From the NCBI GenBank assembly GCA_037310415.1, contig CP147780.1, positions 1,120,001-1,184,000 of the forward strand: DNA of 64,000 nucleotides. The letters are read 5' to 3'. This DNA is from Candidatus Atabeyarchaeum deiterrae (GTDB taxonomy: Archaea > Asgardarchaeota > Atabeyarchaeia > Atabeyarchaeales > Atabeyarchaeaceae). Shown one piece after another: positions 47,978 through 57,747 of this stretch. The position numbers were made by a program, and so were the translations under genes. Below the pieces are notes generated by a model. It ran no database searches and was not told the origin of the DNA. It was given only the letters and a program-made list of their open reading frames with translations. Every line of letters begins with the position of its first letter. Position 1 is the stretch's first letter.

Positions 47978-48742
47978 TCAGGATCCGATGAACATCAGAA
48001 TCACATTGTTGAAATGCTCTGGCTTTTCGAGCATATTCACATGCCCCGCATCAGGAATGATTTCGAGCTTCGATCCCTTGATGTTCTCGTGCAGGAAATC
48101 TGCCATTGACTGAGTGATGAGTAAATCGTCGGCCCCCCGAATTATCAACGTTGGAATCTTTATGTTCTTTAGTTTTGCACTGAAGTCTACTCCACTCACT
48201 GCTTCATAATCTTGGGCGCCAACCTTAGGATCAGTCTCCAAGTCCTGCTCAACATGCAACTTCACTACGACAGGATTGGCTTTGACAGTCTTTTTGGAGA
48301 ACGACATCGGGGTAAGTTGCTTGACGGCAAACTCATACTGATTACGGTAGAGATCCAGCGCTACCTGAGGGACAAGAATCTTAGCCGCGCTATCGACTAC
48401 AACCAGCTTTTCCAGGAGTTCTGGGTGCTTTAGGCACAACTGTTGAACTACAAGTCCGCCCATCGAGATGCCCACCAGAGTGGCTTTGTCAAGTCCGATT
48501 ACCTTCATGAAACTGGCAACATGGTCAGCGAAACGCTCAATGGTTTGCCTACCTTCAAGTTGCTCTGACTTCCCGTGTCCAGGCAGATCGAGCACTATCA
48601 CCCTGAGTCTATTCGAAAGTCCGGAAAGCTGATTGTCCCATATGCGACGGTCACTCCCTGCACCATGGACGAAGAGCACCGGTTTGCCTTTTCCTTTTGA
48701 ATCGTAATAGGTTTTCAATCCATCAACGTCTGCGAAGGGCAT
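47978..48742 (-). CDS. Alpha/beta hydrolase
   Basis: HGAG, DLPGHG, GISMGG, AGH. Confidence 0.9.
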   Translation of the reverse strand: MPFADVDGLKTYYDSKGKGKPVLFVHGAGSDRRIWDNQLSGLSNRLRVIVLDLPGHGKSEQLEGRQTIERFADHVASFMKVIGLDKATLVGISMGGLVVQQLCLKHPELLEKLVVVDSAAKILVPQVALDLYRNQYEFAVKQLTPMSFSKKTVKANPVVVKLHVEQDLETDPKVGAQDYEAVSGVDFSAKLKNIKIPTLIIRGADDLLITQSMADFLHENIKGSKLEIIPDAGHVNMLEKPEHFNNVILMFIGS

Positions 48743-48876
48743 TTTCAACTCACATCTCAAATTCAATTGGAATTATCTAGTCAATCACTCTGCTCTTAAT
48801 CCTAACTGTTCTCTGCAATGGTTCCTGTGCTAGATGTCTGCACCAACTCAGCACTATGAGCTAGGAAGCTTGCAGA

Positions 48877-50052
48877 TCATTTGAACAGTTTCTCCACTTT
48901 CTCTTTGAAGGTTGTAGGGCAGTTTTCCTCTCTGTATAGGATTTGAAGAAGTTGCTCGATTTTTCCTGCTTCCTTGGCGCGTTTCCATGCATCGGAAATC
49001 AGTCTCTCACCCTCGTAGTAGGTGAACAGGTATGCCCGTAAGAGCGGATCCAGTACAAAACGCATACCTAGCTCTGATTCCTTTTTCTCGTAAGCCCCTT
49101 CCTCTGTGAAGTACTCCTTGGTTTGCTCTAAATCGAGTCGTTTGTCATAGACCATTAACGCAGTATTGACTCTGACTGCACGCCTGAACTTCATTTCAAG
49201 GTCTTCTATCCTATCTTCAGCCATCGATGGTTCCCCAAGAATGAATTTTCTCGAGGTTTCAGCCAATCCTTCAGACATGGTGCATTCAGGAGTGTTGACG
49301 AGAAGAATTGATGATTCCAATTGCTTCTTGCCTAAGTAGAGTTCCATTTCCTTGAGAACGTGCTCGGTATGGTGCCCTGGATATGATTGATGTGTAACAT
49401 GAAGTGGCAACGATGACGAAGTGACAGGCATCTGAATGTTCAGTTCTACGAGTGATTTGTAGTTCCCTAGATATCTGTTGTCTGAGGTCCACGGTCTGTC
49501 TTTGAGTATGCTTAGCTCGACTCGTTCACCAGCAGGAAGATTGAACGATTTCATAGTTTCGTATCGGGCTTCAGTAAGCAAGTTATAGAACAGGTCAACC
49601 AGTCTCTCTCCTGAGATCAGCCTTTTCTTCTTGGATTCGAGAAGCATCTCAGTCAGATTGCCGTGGTACCCCTTCTTCTTTAGCAGAGTCTCCAGCTGTG
49701 TTCTAAGTTCAGATATCTCCTGCTCTTTCACGTCCTTTGGCTCGATATCGAGAGTGCTGCTCACATACTCGCGGTATGGAGCTGTGACACCCATTTTCTC
49801 TCTTGTTGTTGCCTGCAGCGCTTTTACCTGTTTCAACAGAAAAGTTTTCCTCATCTCGTCTATCTGAGCCGAAACAATCTCTTTCTTGAGCTCTTCGAAA
49901 TCTAGGAAGATTTCACCAAGCGGTCGCGAGTGCTCTTTATCCACTTTTTCAATCAATTCCATTGGACCGTAGTAGGAGTCGACAAGATCATTCACATGTC
50001 TGCCAAGTCTCAGACACGCGATCAGATATTTCGAAGAGAAATCGACCGACAA
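48877..50052 (-). CDS. DUF885-like gluzincin-fold protein
   Basis: VDSYYGP, HQSYPGHH, SEGLA, Y.FTY..G. Confidence 0.7.
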   Translation of the reverse strand: MSVDFSSKYLIACLRLGRHVNDLVDSYYGPMELIEKVDKEHSRPLGEIFLDFEELKKEIVSAQIDEMRKTFLLKQVKALQATTREKMGVTAPYREYVSSTLDIEPKDVKEQEISELRTQLETLLKKKGYHGNLTEMLLESKKKRLISGERLVDLFYNLLTEARYETMKSFNLPAGERVELSILKDRPWTSDNRYLGNYKSLVELNIQMPVTSSSLPLHVTHQSYPGHHTEHVLKEMELYLGKKQLESSILLVNTPECTMSEGLAETSRKFILGEPSMAEDRIEDLEMKFRRAVRVNTALMVYDKRLDLEQTKEYFTEEGAYEKKESELGMRFVLDPLLRAYLFTYYEGERLISDAWKRAKEAGKIEQLLQILYREENCPTTFKEKVEKLFK

Positions 50053-50307
50053 AGCCCCTTGCACCTTCGGCAAGATCAAGGGGGTGAAGAGCATACGTCT
50101 CTATATAAGAACTCTTCCCAATGCAATGGCGTTCTTTCCATAATTCGTCGATATAATACCTAGCTTTTCAAATTGTGGTTCAAAGTTGGTCAACGTCTCA
50201 TAATCCTTAATAGTTCAGGGATGAGGATCTTAAACAGTCACTACGACGTATGCTCAAAGTCTGCGATTCTCAGTTCTGTGGGTAAAAGTAGAAAGGAAGT
50301 AAGATTC

Positions 50308-52788
50308 ATGCCGAGTAAAACCCCTGATGAGAATCAGGTGGCCAGACTCAGCGTTGTGGCGGATGGAGTCATTGAGGCTTCAAACAGTTGGGAAGTCCTA
50401 AAATTCGATCTTACCACAGGAAAGTTCAGCCTCTATCTGAAGGGTAGAAAGTCTGTTCATGTGCGAGGTGCTTTTGCACGCCTGATCCTGCGTGATGGTG
50501 ATCGGATACAAACAATTGACAAGTGGGCTGAGCGAACATGGGAGAAAGTTGAAAGTGCCAATAGCAGGAGGAGAGGAAAAGAAGCTAGTTTCACTGTCAT
50601 CTGCAAGGGCTCGGCCAACAAGAAGTTGGGGGACTCCATGCTCAAGCTTTCAGTAGAGGTCTTTGCTGACACGCCGATAGTTCTCCTTCGACTTGAGCTC
50701 GAGAATGGCAGCGGCAAACCACTAAACATAAGGGAATTCCAACCCTTAGTCATCCAAAGTGAAACGGGGGGTTCCTGGGATCTGGGTTCAGGCATCAAGA
50801 ACTGGCGGTTACTGAAAAACGGCTACCAGACCTCCAGTCCCTGTTACTCTCTCACTCTCACCGAGCTAGACAAGACGTGTTCAGTCGAACTCTTCAGAAC
50901 CAACTACAACCCTCGCTCAAAATACAACGCCGTTAATGGCGAGTTTGACAGTGAGTGGATGACCGCTTTCAGGGATAACACAACAGGGAATTCTGCAGTA
51001 ATCGGCTTTGTTACCATGAAAGATAATATGAGTCAAATTGACTTCAAGGTGGACGAAAAGGAGACCAAGATAATTGGTCTGCAGGCAAGGTCAGTCTCCG
51101 ACAACATCCTCTGCGACAATGACAAGAGCATTCAGTCCGAGAAACTGCTCCTGGACCTGCAAGGTCCATTATCCGATGGACTTGATCGCTACGCTGACTG
51201 GGTAGCGTCAGAAATGGATGCTATACCCTGGAAGAAAGTTCTAACAGGATGGTGTTCCTGGTACGAATTCTTTGAGAAGATCTCCGAAGAACTGATCTTG
51301 AACGTAATAGACTATTATCGCAAAAATCGCGACAGATATCCAATCGACTACATCCAAGTAGATGATGGCTACTTTAATCACAGGGGCGATTGGACAATTC
51401 CCAGCGACTTGTTCCCACATGGAATGAAATTCATCGCCGACAAAATCAAGGAAGCAGGATTCAAGCCTGGCATATGGCTATCTCCATTCCAGATAAGCGG
51501 AGGATCCAAGATCTTTCAGCAACATCCTGACTGGACTATTAGAGACGAGAAAGGCAATCCCATTGGACATGAATTTGATAGCTCGTTGAAGTACAGTTAC
51601 TACGGCTTGGACTGTACGAACCCTGCTGTCATTGACTGGGTCAAGTCTCTCTTTCGAACAATAACCAAAGAATGGGGTTACGAGTATGTCAAGATCGATT
51701 TCCTCTTCGCAGCAACATTCGATGGTCTGAGGCATGACAAGAACGCCACGAGAGCCCAGGCTTTGAGAAGAGGCTTGGAGGCGATTAGAGAGGCGGTCGG
51801 AGCCAAGGTCCCTGTACTGGGGTGCCTCGCGCCACTTGGACAAGCTATTGGGTTGGTCAACTCGTACCGCGTCTCACCTGACACAGCAACAAGATGGAAA
51901 GCCCCGTGGCCATATGAATGCGGTCCAGCCATGCGTGACACAATGAGAAACACAATTCTTCGATATTTTATGCACAACAGATTTTGGGCAAACGACCCTG
52001 ACTGCGTTATTGCTAGGAGAGGGAAAGATAGATCAGAGTTTTCAAAAGCGGCCGAAATAGAATATCTGTCCAAGGGTGGGACAATAAGCGAAGATGAAGT
52101 CAAGTTCGAAATGACTGTGCTAGCTCTTCTGGGTGGTCCGCTCATCTACTCAGATGATCCTATTCACCTATCACCCGAAAGAGAGAGATATCTGCCCCTG
52201 ATTCTCCCACCATGCCAAGGTAAGGCTAGAATTATCGACCTACTTGAATCAGCTTTACCAAGAATCCTTAACTTGAAGTTTCATGAAGACTACGATAGCT
52301 GGGATCTTGTGGGTCTGCTAAACTGGGATGATTCTCCCGAAGATGCTCAAGTTGATTTCTCAAGGCTGGGATTAAAGAAAGGTGAATACTATCATGTTTA
52401 CAGTTTCTGGGATGAAAAGTACCTTGGCAAAATCAAAGACGTAGTCACAGTGGAGAAGATCCCTGCTCACTCAGCAAGCTTACTCTCAATTCGAAAAGTG
52501 CAGAACAGACCTCAACTCGTTTCCTCAACCATGCACACGACACAAGGAGCAGCCGAAGTTGAAAACGTTACATGGAAAGACAAGGAGAAAACACTTGAGA
52601 TCAAACTGAGACATCCTGGAACAAGAAGCGGAAAGCTCATTGTGCACTTCCCTTCACCATTCAAGTTCAACTCAGTTCTTACCAAGGATGCTAAAGCAAA
52701 TATCAACAGGACCAGCATCGATGGCCCAATATTGACCATCGACTTGACTTTCAAACAATCAGCCGTTGTAATAGTCGGATTCAATTAG
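50308..52788 (+). CDS. Alpha-galactosidase, glycoside hydrolase family 36
   Basis: GWCSWY, QVDDGY, FP.GMK, GIWLSP, YVKIDF nucleophile, RVSPD acid/base, NDPD. Confidence 0.9.
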   Translation: MPSKTPDENQVARLSVVADGVIEASNSWEVLKFDLTTGKFSLYLKGRKSVHVRGAFARLILRDGDRIQTIDKWAERTWEKVESANSRRRGKEASFTVICKGSANKKLGDSMLKLSVEVFADTPIVLLRLELENGSGKPLNIREFQPLVIQSETGGSWDLGSGIKNWRLLKNGYQTSSPCYSLTLTELDKTCSVELFRTNYNPRSKYNAVNGEFDSEWMTAFRDNTTGNSAVIGFVTMKDNMSQIDFKVDEKETKIIGLQARSVSDNILCDNDKSIQSEKLLLDLQGPLSDGLDRYADWVASEMDAIPWKKVLTGWCSWYEFFEKISEELILNVIDYYRKNRDRYPIDYIQVDDGYFNHRGDWTIPSDLFPHGMKFIADKIKEAGFKPGIWLSPFQISGGSKIFQQHPDWTIRDEKGNPIGHEFDSSLKYSYYGLDCTNPAVIDWVKSLFRTITKEWGYEYVKIDFLFAATFDGLRHDKNATRAQALRRGLEAIREAVGAKVPVLGCLAPLGQAIGLVNSYRVSPDTATRWKAPWPYECGPAMRDTMRNTILRYFMHNRFWANDPDCVIARRGKDRSEFSKAAEIEYLSKGGTISEDEVKFEMTVLALLGGPLIYSDDPIHLSPERERYLPLILPPCQGKARIIDLLESALPRILNLKFHEDYDSWDLVGLLNWDDSPEDAQVDFSRLGLKKGEYYHVYSFWDEKYLGKIKDVVTVEKIPAHSASLLSIRKVQNRPQLVSSTMHTTQGAAEVENVTWKDKEKTLEIKLRHPGTRSGKLIVHFPSPFKFNSVLTKDAKANINRTSIDGPILTIDLTFKQSAVVIVGFN

Positions 52789-52843
52789 ACATATCCATCG
52801 AGAGTCGTGAACTGCAAGTCGTCCAGAGTCGCGCTTCGCTAGG

Positions 52844-54169
52844 TTGATGGTCAACGTGGTAAACTCTTTCAATCGGACTCGCTCTATATTCGCTGCGTCC
52901 GCACCTGGAAGAGCTGACTTCCTAAACACACATCAAGATTACAAGGGGCTACCAGTCGTTCCTGTAGCCTTAGATCTTCGGACTTATATTGTCGCCTCGA
53001 GAACCAACTCACCCGGCATCGTCGAAGTTGTCTCAATGAACCTCAAAGAGAGAGGGGAGAGATTTGAAGACACGTTTGCAATCCAGGATCCTCAGTACTC
53101 CAGGAAGGGATTCTTCGGAAACTATCTCAGAGCGGTAGCAAAAGTAGCCTTATCTTCCGGAAACGGGAAAAGGGCAGTTCAAGAAAAGAACTTTGGTCTG
53201 CACGTCACGATAGAAAGTGAGGTTCCTTTATCCGCGGGATTGGCCAGTAGTGCGGCTCTTGAAGTTGCATTCGCCAAGTTACTGGATACCATCTACCGCA
53301 TTGGACTTGACAAAAAAAGTGTAGCTGAGGCTGCTTACAGGGCTGAGAACGTCGAGCTCGGCATACCATGTGGGCGGCTCGATCAATACGGCTCATCTTT
53401 TGGCGGGATAATACTCCTCGAATGCAAGTTCCCCTACAGAGTCAAACCCATCCCGTTCAAGAGACTATGCTTTGTTGTGGCCGATTCGGGCATAAGACAC
53501 TCGACTGCGGAGATACATCCTCTGAGGCAGTCCGACCTGAACCGTGGATTAGAGCAACTCGTGGAGAACAAATCAGTTCCAAAGAAACTGAAGGCGAATC
53601 TCGGGTTGCACTACAGCGAGGCAAATTGGATAAGACTTTCAGAGGAAGAACTTACACCTTACATCTCAACAATAGAAGAGGTGGCTAAAAAGCGCATCCT
53701 ATTCACTCTTAGAATGCAGAGATCAACAGAGATAGCGTTGAAAGCGATGAAGAAACAACTGAGAGTGAAAAGCATTCTTGAAGAGGCTGAAAAGGTTCCT
53801 GGGATTTCCGAGTTTCTCTCAGGGACAATTGCTGGTAGGTCTAACTCGAGGCTGAAAATACTAGGGCAAGTAATGAACTACCAGCATTCTCTACTTCGAG
53901 ATCTCTATGATGTTAGTCTTCCTGAACTTGAAAAGACCAAGGACGCAATGTTGAAAAATGGGGCTTATGGAGCAAAAATCTCAGGTGCAGGTCTGGGAGG
54001 GAGTCTGATAGGTTTGGTCGACGACAGCAAAAGTGGTCAACGAACGCTCAACGCTGCCCTAGATGCAGGCGCAAAACAGGGATGGGTATCAAGTGTCGGC
54101 GAAGGAGCAAGAATTGAAAATGCCAATCGCAGCAAAATCCGAAAGATCATCAAACTGGAATCAAACTAG
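52844..54169 (+). CDS. Galactokinase-family GHMP kinase
   Basis: APGR.DFLNTHQDY, P.SAGLASSAA, CGRLDQ, KISGAGLGG; follows GH36. Confidence 0.87.
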   Translation: MMVNVVNSFNRTRSIFAASAPGRADFLNTHQDYKGLPVVPVALDLRTYIVASRTNSPGIVEVVSMNLKERGERFEDTFAIQDPQYSRKGFFGNYLRAVAKVALSSGNGKRAVQEKNFGLHVTIESEVPLSAGLASSAALEVAFAKLLDTIYRIGLDKKSVAEAAYRAENVELGIPCGRLDQYGSSFGGIILLECKFPYRVKPIPFKRLCFVVADSGIRHSTAEIHPLRQSDLNRGLEQLVENKSVPKKLKANLGLHYSEANWIRLSEEELTPYISTIEEVAKKRILFTLRMQRSTEIALKAMKKQLRVKSILEEAEKVPGISEFLSGTIAGRSNSRLKILGQVMNYQHSLLRDLYDVSLPELEKTKDAMLKNGAYGAKISGAGLGGSLIGLVDDSKSGQRTLNAALDAGAKQGWVSSVGEGARIENANRSKIRKIIKLESN

Positions 54170-54443
54170 TTCCCCCCCCTCATAACCGTCCCATCCAAGT
54201 AGACAAACACCATCATTTGCATCGTGTATCTACAAGAAGCATGGAGCATCTTTTCACCCTTGGGAAGCCAAGTGCATTTTAGGAGTCCGCGCCAAGACTA
54301 TCCAGAGGAGGGAAACAGTCAGGAAGATCCATGTGGCTCGAACCGCAGAAGGCTGGAGGCAGGCCCCGGGATCTGAGGCGAGGAGTCTGCTTGGAACAAG
54401 GGAAGAAGGGACGACGATCGTATACACCAGATGCGTCTATTCT

Positions 54444-54599
54444 TCAACTCCTTCGCATCTCCTCCGCGGTGAGAATGACTCTCACGTAGAGTACTCCTCC
54501 GCAGTCAGGACAGCTGTGAACCAACTTCCCAAAGTGGTCCCCTCTGCTCCATGCCCACCCATCCACAAGCTCACAAACAAAACACTCAACAGAACTCAC
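54444..54599 (-). CDS. 51-aa zinc-finger microprotein
   Basis: GTG start; CFVC...CPDCGG.LYV. Confidence 0.45.
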   Translation of the reverse strand: MSSVECFVCELVDGWAWSRGDHFGKLVHSCPDCGGVLYVRVILTAEEMRRS

Positions 54600-54833
54600 C
54601 GTCTCAACCCGACCTTCTTTGCATAATTTAGCTATCAAAGAACCCCTAAATCCAACAGAACAACTTCTTAGACAACGCCACGGAAATATAGGGGTACAAG
54701 ACGAAATAGCAAAAAACAAGTCTTCCAATATACTTTTATATCGCTCTTGTCCCAGTAAAGAGTTGCAGTTGAGGAAGGATGTGAGGAGGGAACTGCCTTA
54801 GGTCCCCTTTCAAAGGGGAAACCATGTTTTGGA

Positions 54834-57164
54834 ATGAAAAGTCCGATCGGCACTCAAAGGATTTTGCGCCATCACCTCATATGCGTATGCCTGATCATGA
54901 CTTTCATTATCACATCTTCGCAATATGCCGTTGCCTCAATGCATTCTACTACCCCGACAATCAACACTCCAATCGACAAGAATTCCCCTACTTCCGCCTA
55001 CGGCACTAGCTTCCCCTCACAACAACACCCGGAATCAGTTTGCCCGTCGCCACCCGACGCTCAATATCAGCATATTCGAAGCGCTGACTGGGACGAGTGG
55101 AGATACAACAACGGGACACGCGTGAGGAACATCTACCTCGCACCACGCTACGTCTTCAACCCTCTGAACAACTCCTGGTGCGACTGGCTCCTAGCAAGAA
55201 ACGGGACAGGAATCAGCGTAGCCACAAGTAGAGTGTGCGCATACATAGAGCCAGATGCGATCACCCTCTACACGCAAGACTACGCAGAAGCCGTTGCGAC
55301 GGCACAGCTAGACTGGCCAGCACTTACCTTGTCCAGCAACCCATCTTTATCTGTGAAGCAGAACTCCTCAGGCGTGTATGTAACCGAGAGTTATCCCTCG
55401 TCAAGTGAAGTGAGGGCATCTGTCAACGTCACCTATAGCTTTCTCCCAGGTTCCCCCTTGAAAATAGGATTCCTCGTTAGATGGATGAGCGACACTCCTT
55501 GTAGTGGGCTTCAGATCAATTGGAGAATCTCGTTAGCCAGAGATGGCTACTACACATACGGGGGAAACCTGGCAGGCATCGCCTCTCAAACAAGCGAGGT
55601 GAAGCAACTACTCGCACCGTCAACCAGAACAAATAGCTACCTCGCAATACAATTCTACGACTATAATTGCAGCCAAAGTGATGGTGCCAACAGAAACCTG
55701 TCTAAGTACTTCCTGATGGGAGTGGATTGGAGTGACGCGAAGGGTTCCACCATTCAAGCAGCATTGAACCCAATGGATAGGAGCTTCAAACTAACGTTTG
55801 GAAACTTCACCCTCAACAGAGGCGAAATTACGCTCATAGATCCCACGGTGACGACCCTCCTCGGTTCAGGCGGTGATTCCACTATAGACTCAAGTTCTCC
55901 TGACAGTAATAACGGCTTCGGTTCATCTGCGAGCATCATGGCTTTGCTAACCCGTGATGATTACTACACAGCTAAAATAATCATTTGTAGATTTTACATG
56001 AAGTTTTCGCTGCAAAGTCTCCCCCTGTACTCATCAATATCCTCTGCAAAGATATGCTTGTTTCTCTACGCGACATCGAGTACTGCAAGGTACATCGCTG
56101 CCCACAATGTTCAGAACAATAATTGGAACGAGAATTCAATATATTGGAATGATTGCAACGATCCAGGGGACCCGTATTACTACAATTCCACACCCACATC
56201 AACAATTTCAGTGGGCACAGCAACGCAAAAGTACTACAATTGGAGCGTAACCAGCGATGCCAGGAACGGGTTACTATATGATCAAGGGAAGGCGTTCAGT
56301 GAGTGTTTCAAATACACAGACGAGTCTAATGCTCCAGTTGCACCCAACAGCATCCACAAAAACTTCATAAGCAAAGATGGCGGCTCCCATCTGCCGATCC
56401 TGAGTGTGACCTACACCTACAAGGCGTACGCCGTGCTGATAGGCTCAGGTGGAGACGCGTTAGGCAATTATGCTCGGTTCTATAATGACCTCATGTTTAT
56501 GTACGACACACTCAAGAGCTACTGCTCGTATACTGATTCAGAAATCTACGTTCTATACGCGGACGGCAACACTCCCAGCAGCAATAACTGTTATGATCCA
56601 GGCAATGCGGTTCCTCACGTGAACGTGATAGACTACAATGCGACGAAGGCGGCTCTGCGAACAGTCTTCGCAGACCTAGCTTCGAAATCGGATAACCAGA
56701 CCTTCATTCTAATCTTCATGACGGGACACGGAGACCACACGGAACAAGAATCCTACACAGTAAGCTTCTCGACTTGGGGACAATATATCTGGGATTATGA
56801 ATTTGCAAATGCCACCTACCTCGGCAGGATCACATCGTACGACGCAGAGTGCATCGTCATGGAGCAATGCTACAGCGGAGGGTTCACAATCGACCTCCAG
56901 AATGGCAAGAGGATAATATACACGGCAGTAGATCACAAATCTCCGTCCCATTCCGGTTCTCACAATGGGCACGAGTATGATGAGTTTGCCTACTGGTTCA
57001 CGGATGGTCTGATTCACGGGGACAGGCCCCCCTACGACGGGATCATTAAACTTCATGAAGCGTGGGATTACGCCAACTCTAACGACACACTCGATCGTCC
57101 TGGACCACTGTTTTGGCCACAGAATGGTTTCGACCTTCTCTTCACAGCATGCGGGAGAATCTAA
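54834..57164 (+). CDS. Secreted multidomain protein: DNRLRE-like domain + clan CD (legumain/caspase-like) peptidase
   Basis: Signal/TM segment; DSTI....PDSN.G, FYMKF.L, WNE.SI.WN; YAVLI, TGHG (His), EQCYSGGF (Cys). Confidence 0.78.
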   Translation: MKSPIGTQRILRHHLICVCLIMTFIITSSQYAVASMHSTTPTINTPIDKNSPTSAYGTSFPSQQHPESVCPSPPDAQYQHIRSADWDEWRYNNGTRVRNIYLAPRYVFNPLNNSWCDWLLARNGTGISVATSRVCAYIEPDAITLYTQDYAEAVATAQLDWPALTLSSNPSLSVKQNSSGVYVTESYPSSSEVRASVNVTYSFLPGSPLKIGFLVRWMSDTPCSGLQINWRISLARDGYYTYGGNLAGIASQTSEVKQLLAPSTRTNSYLAIQFYDYNCSQSDGANRNLSKYFLMGVDWSDAKGSTIQAALNPMDRSFKLTFGNFTLNRGEITLIDPTVTTLLGSGGDSTIDSSSPDSNNGFGSSASIMALLTRDDYYTAKIIICRFYMKFSLQSLPLYSSISSAKICLFLYATSSTARYIAAHNVQNNNWNENSIYWNDCNDPGDPYYYNSTPTSTISVGTATQKYYNWSVTSDARNGLLYDQGKAFSECFKYTDESNAPVAPNSIHKNFISKDGGSHLPILSVTYTYKAYAVLIGSGGDALGNYARFYNDLMFMYDTLKSYCSYTDSEIYVLYADGNTPSSNNCYDPGNAVPHVNVIDYNATKAALRTVFADLASKSDNQTFILIFMTGHGDHTEQESYTVSFSTWGQYIWDYEFANATYLGRITSYDAECIVMEQCYSGGFTIDLQNGKRIIYTAVDHKSPSHSGSHNGHEYDEFAYWFTDGLIHGDRPPYDGIIKLHEAWDYANSNDTLDRPGPLFWPQNGFDLLFTACGRI

Positions 57165-57747
57165 CATTTTCTTGCTAGGAAACAGTCGAGACAATATGAT
57201 GTATGTCCAATGACCTTGTCCTTTCAAGTGCAGAGGAAACGAGTAGGAGGCATGAATCACTGGTTGCCACGAGCCAAAGATATCGTAGCCAGTGACCATA
57301 AGGCAATGAGTCAAATCGATTTCACTAACAATCTCAAGAATACAAGGATCCTAATGCTGATAATTCAACGCGCTGATTTTCTACTCTCCGCTTTGCCCAT
57401 GGTGCAGTGCGTCCGAGATGAGCGTAGTCCAAGCTCAAGGCAGTCAATAATGCTTGGCATGTGAACATGGTTGAGAAGCCTAAGACCCTCGATGAAGTGA
57501 CTCTTGGATTTGCTGGAGTCTGATAATCTGCTATGGCGTCCCAAGGAAAGCTGTATCATCCAGCTTCGAACAGCGCACGAGTTCCAATCTTGCTGACTCA
57601 TGAGACATGGCATTTCCTCTTGCGTCCGAGAGAACCCGATAATGAAAACATGACGTTGTGCTTCCCATGCAACAAGATATTTGTATACGTTCACCTAAAG
57701 TCTACTCAGAATGACCAATATGCTTGGTTGGACGGGGGAAAGCTTGA

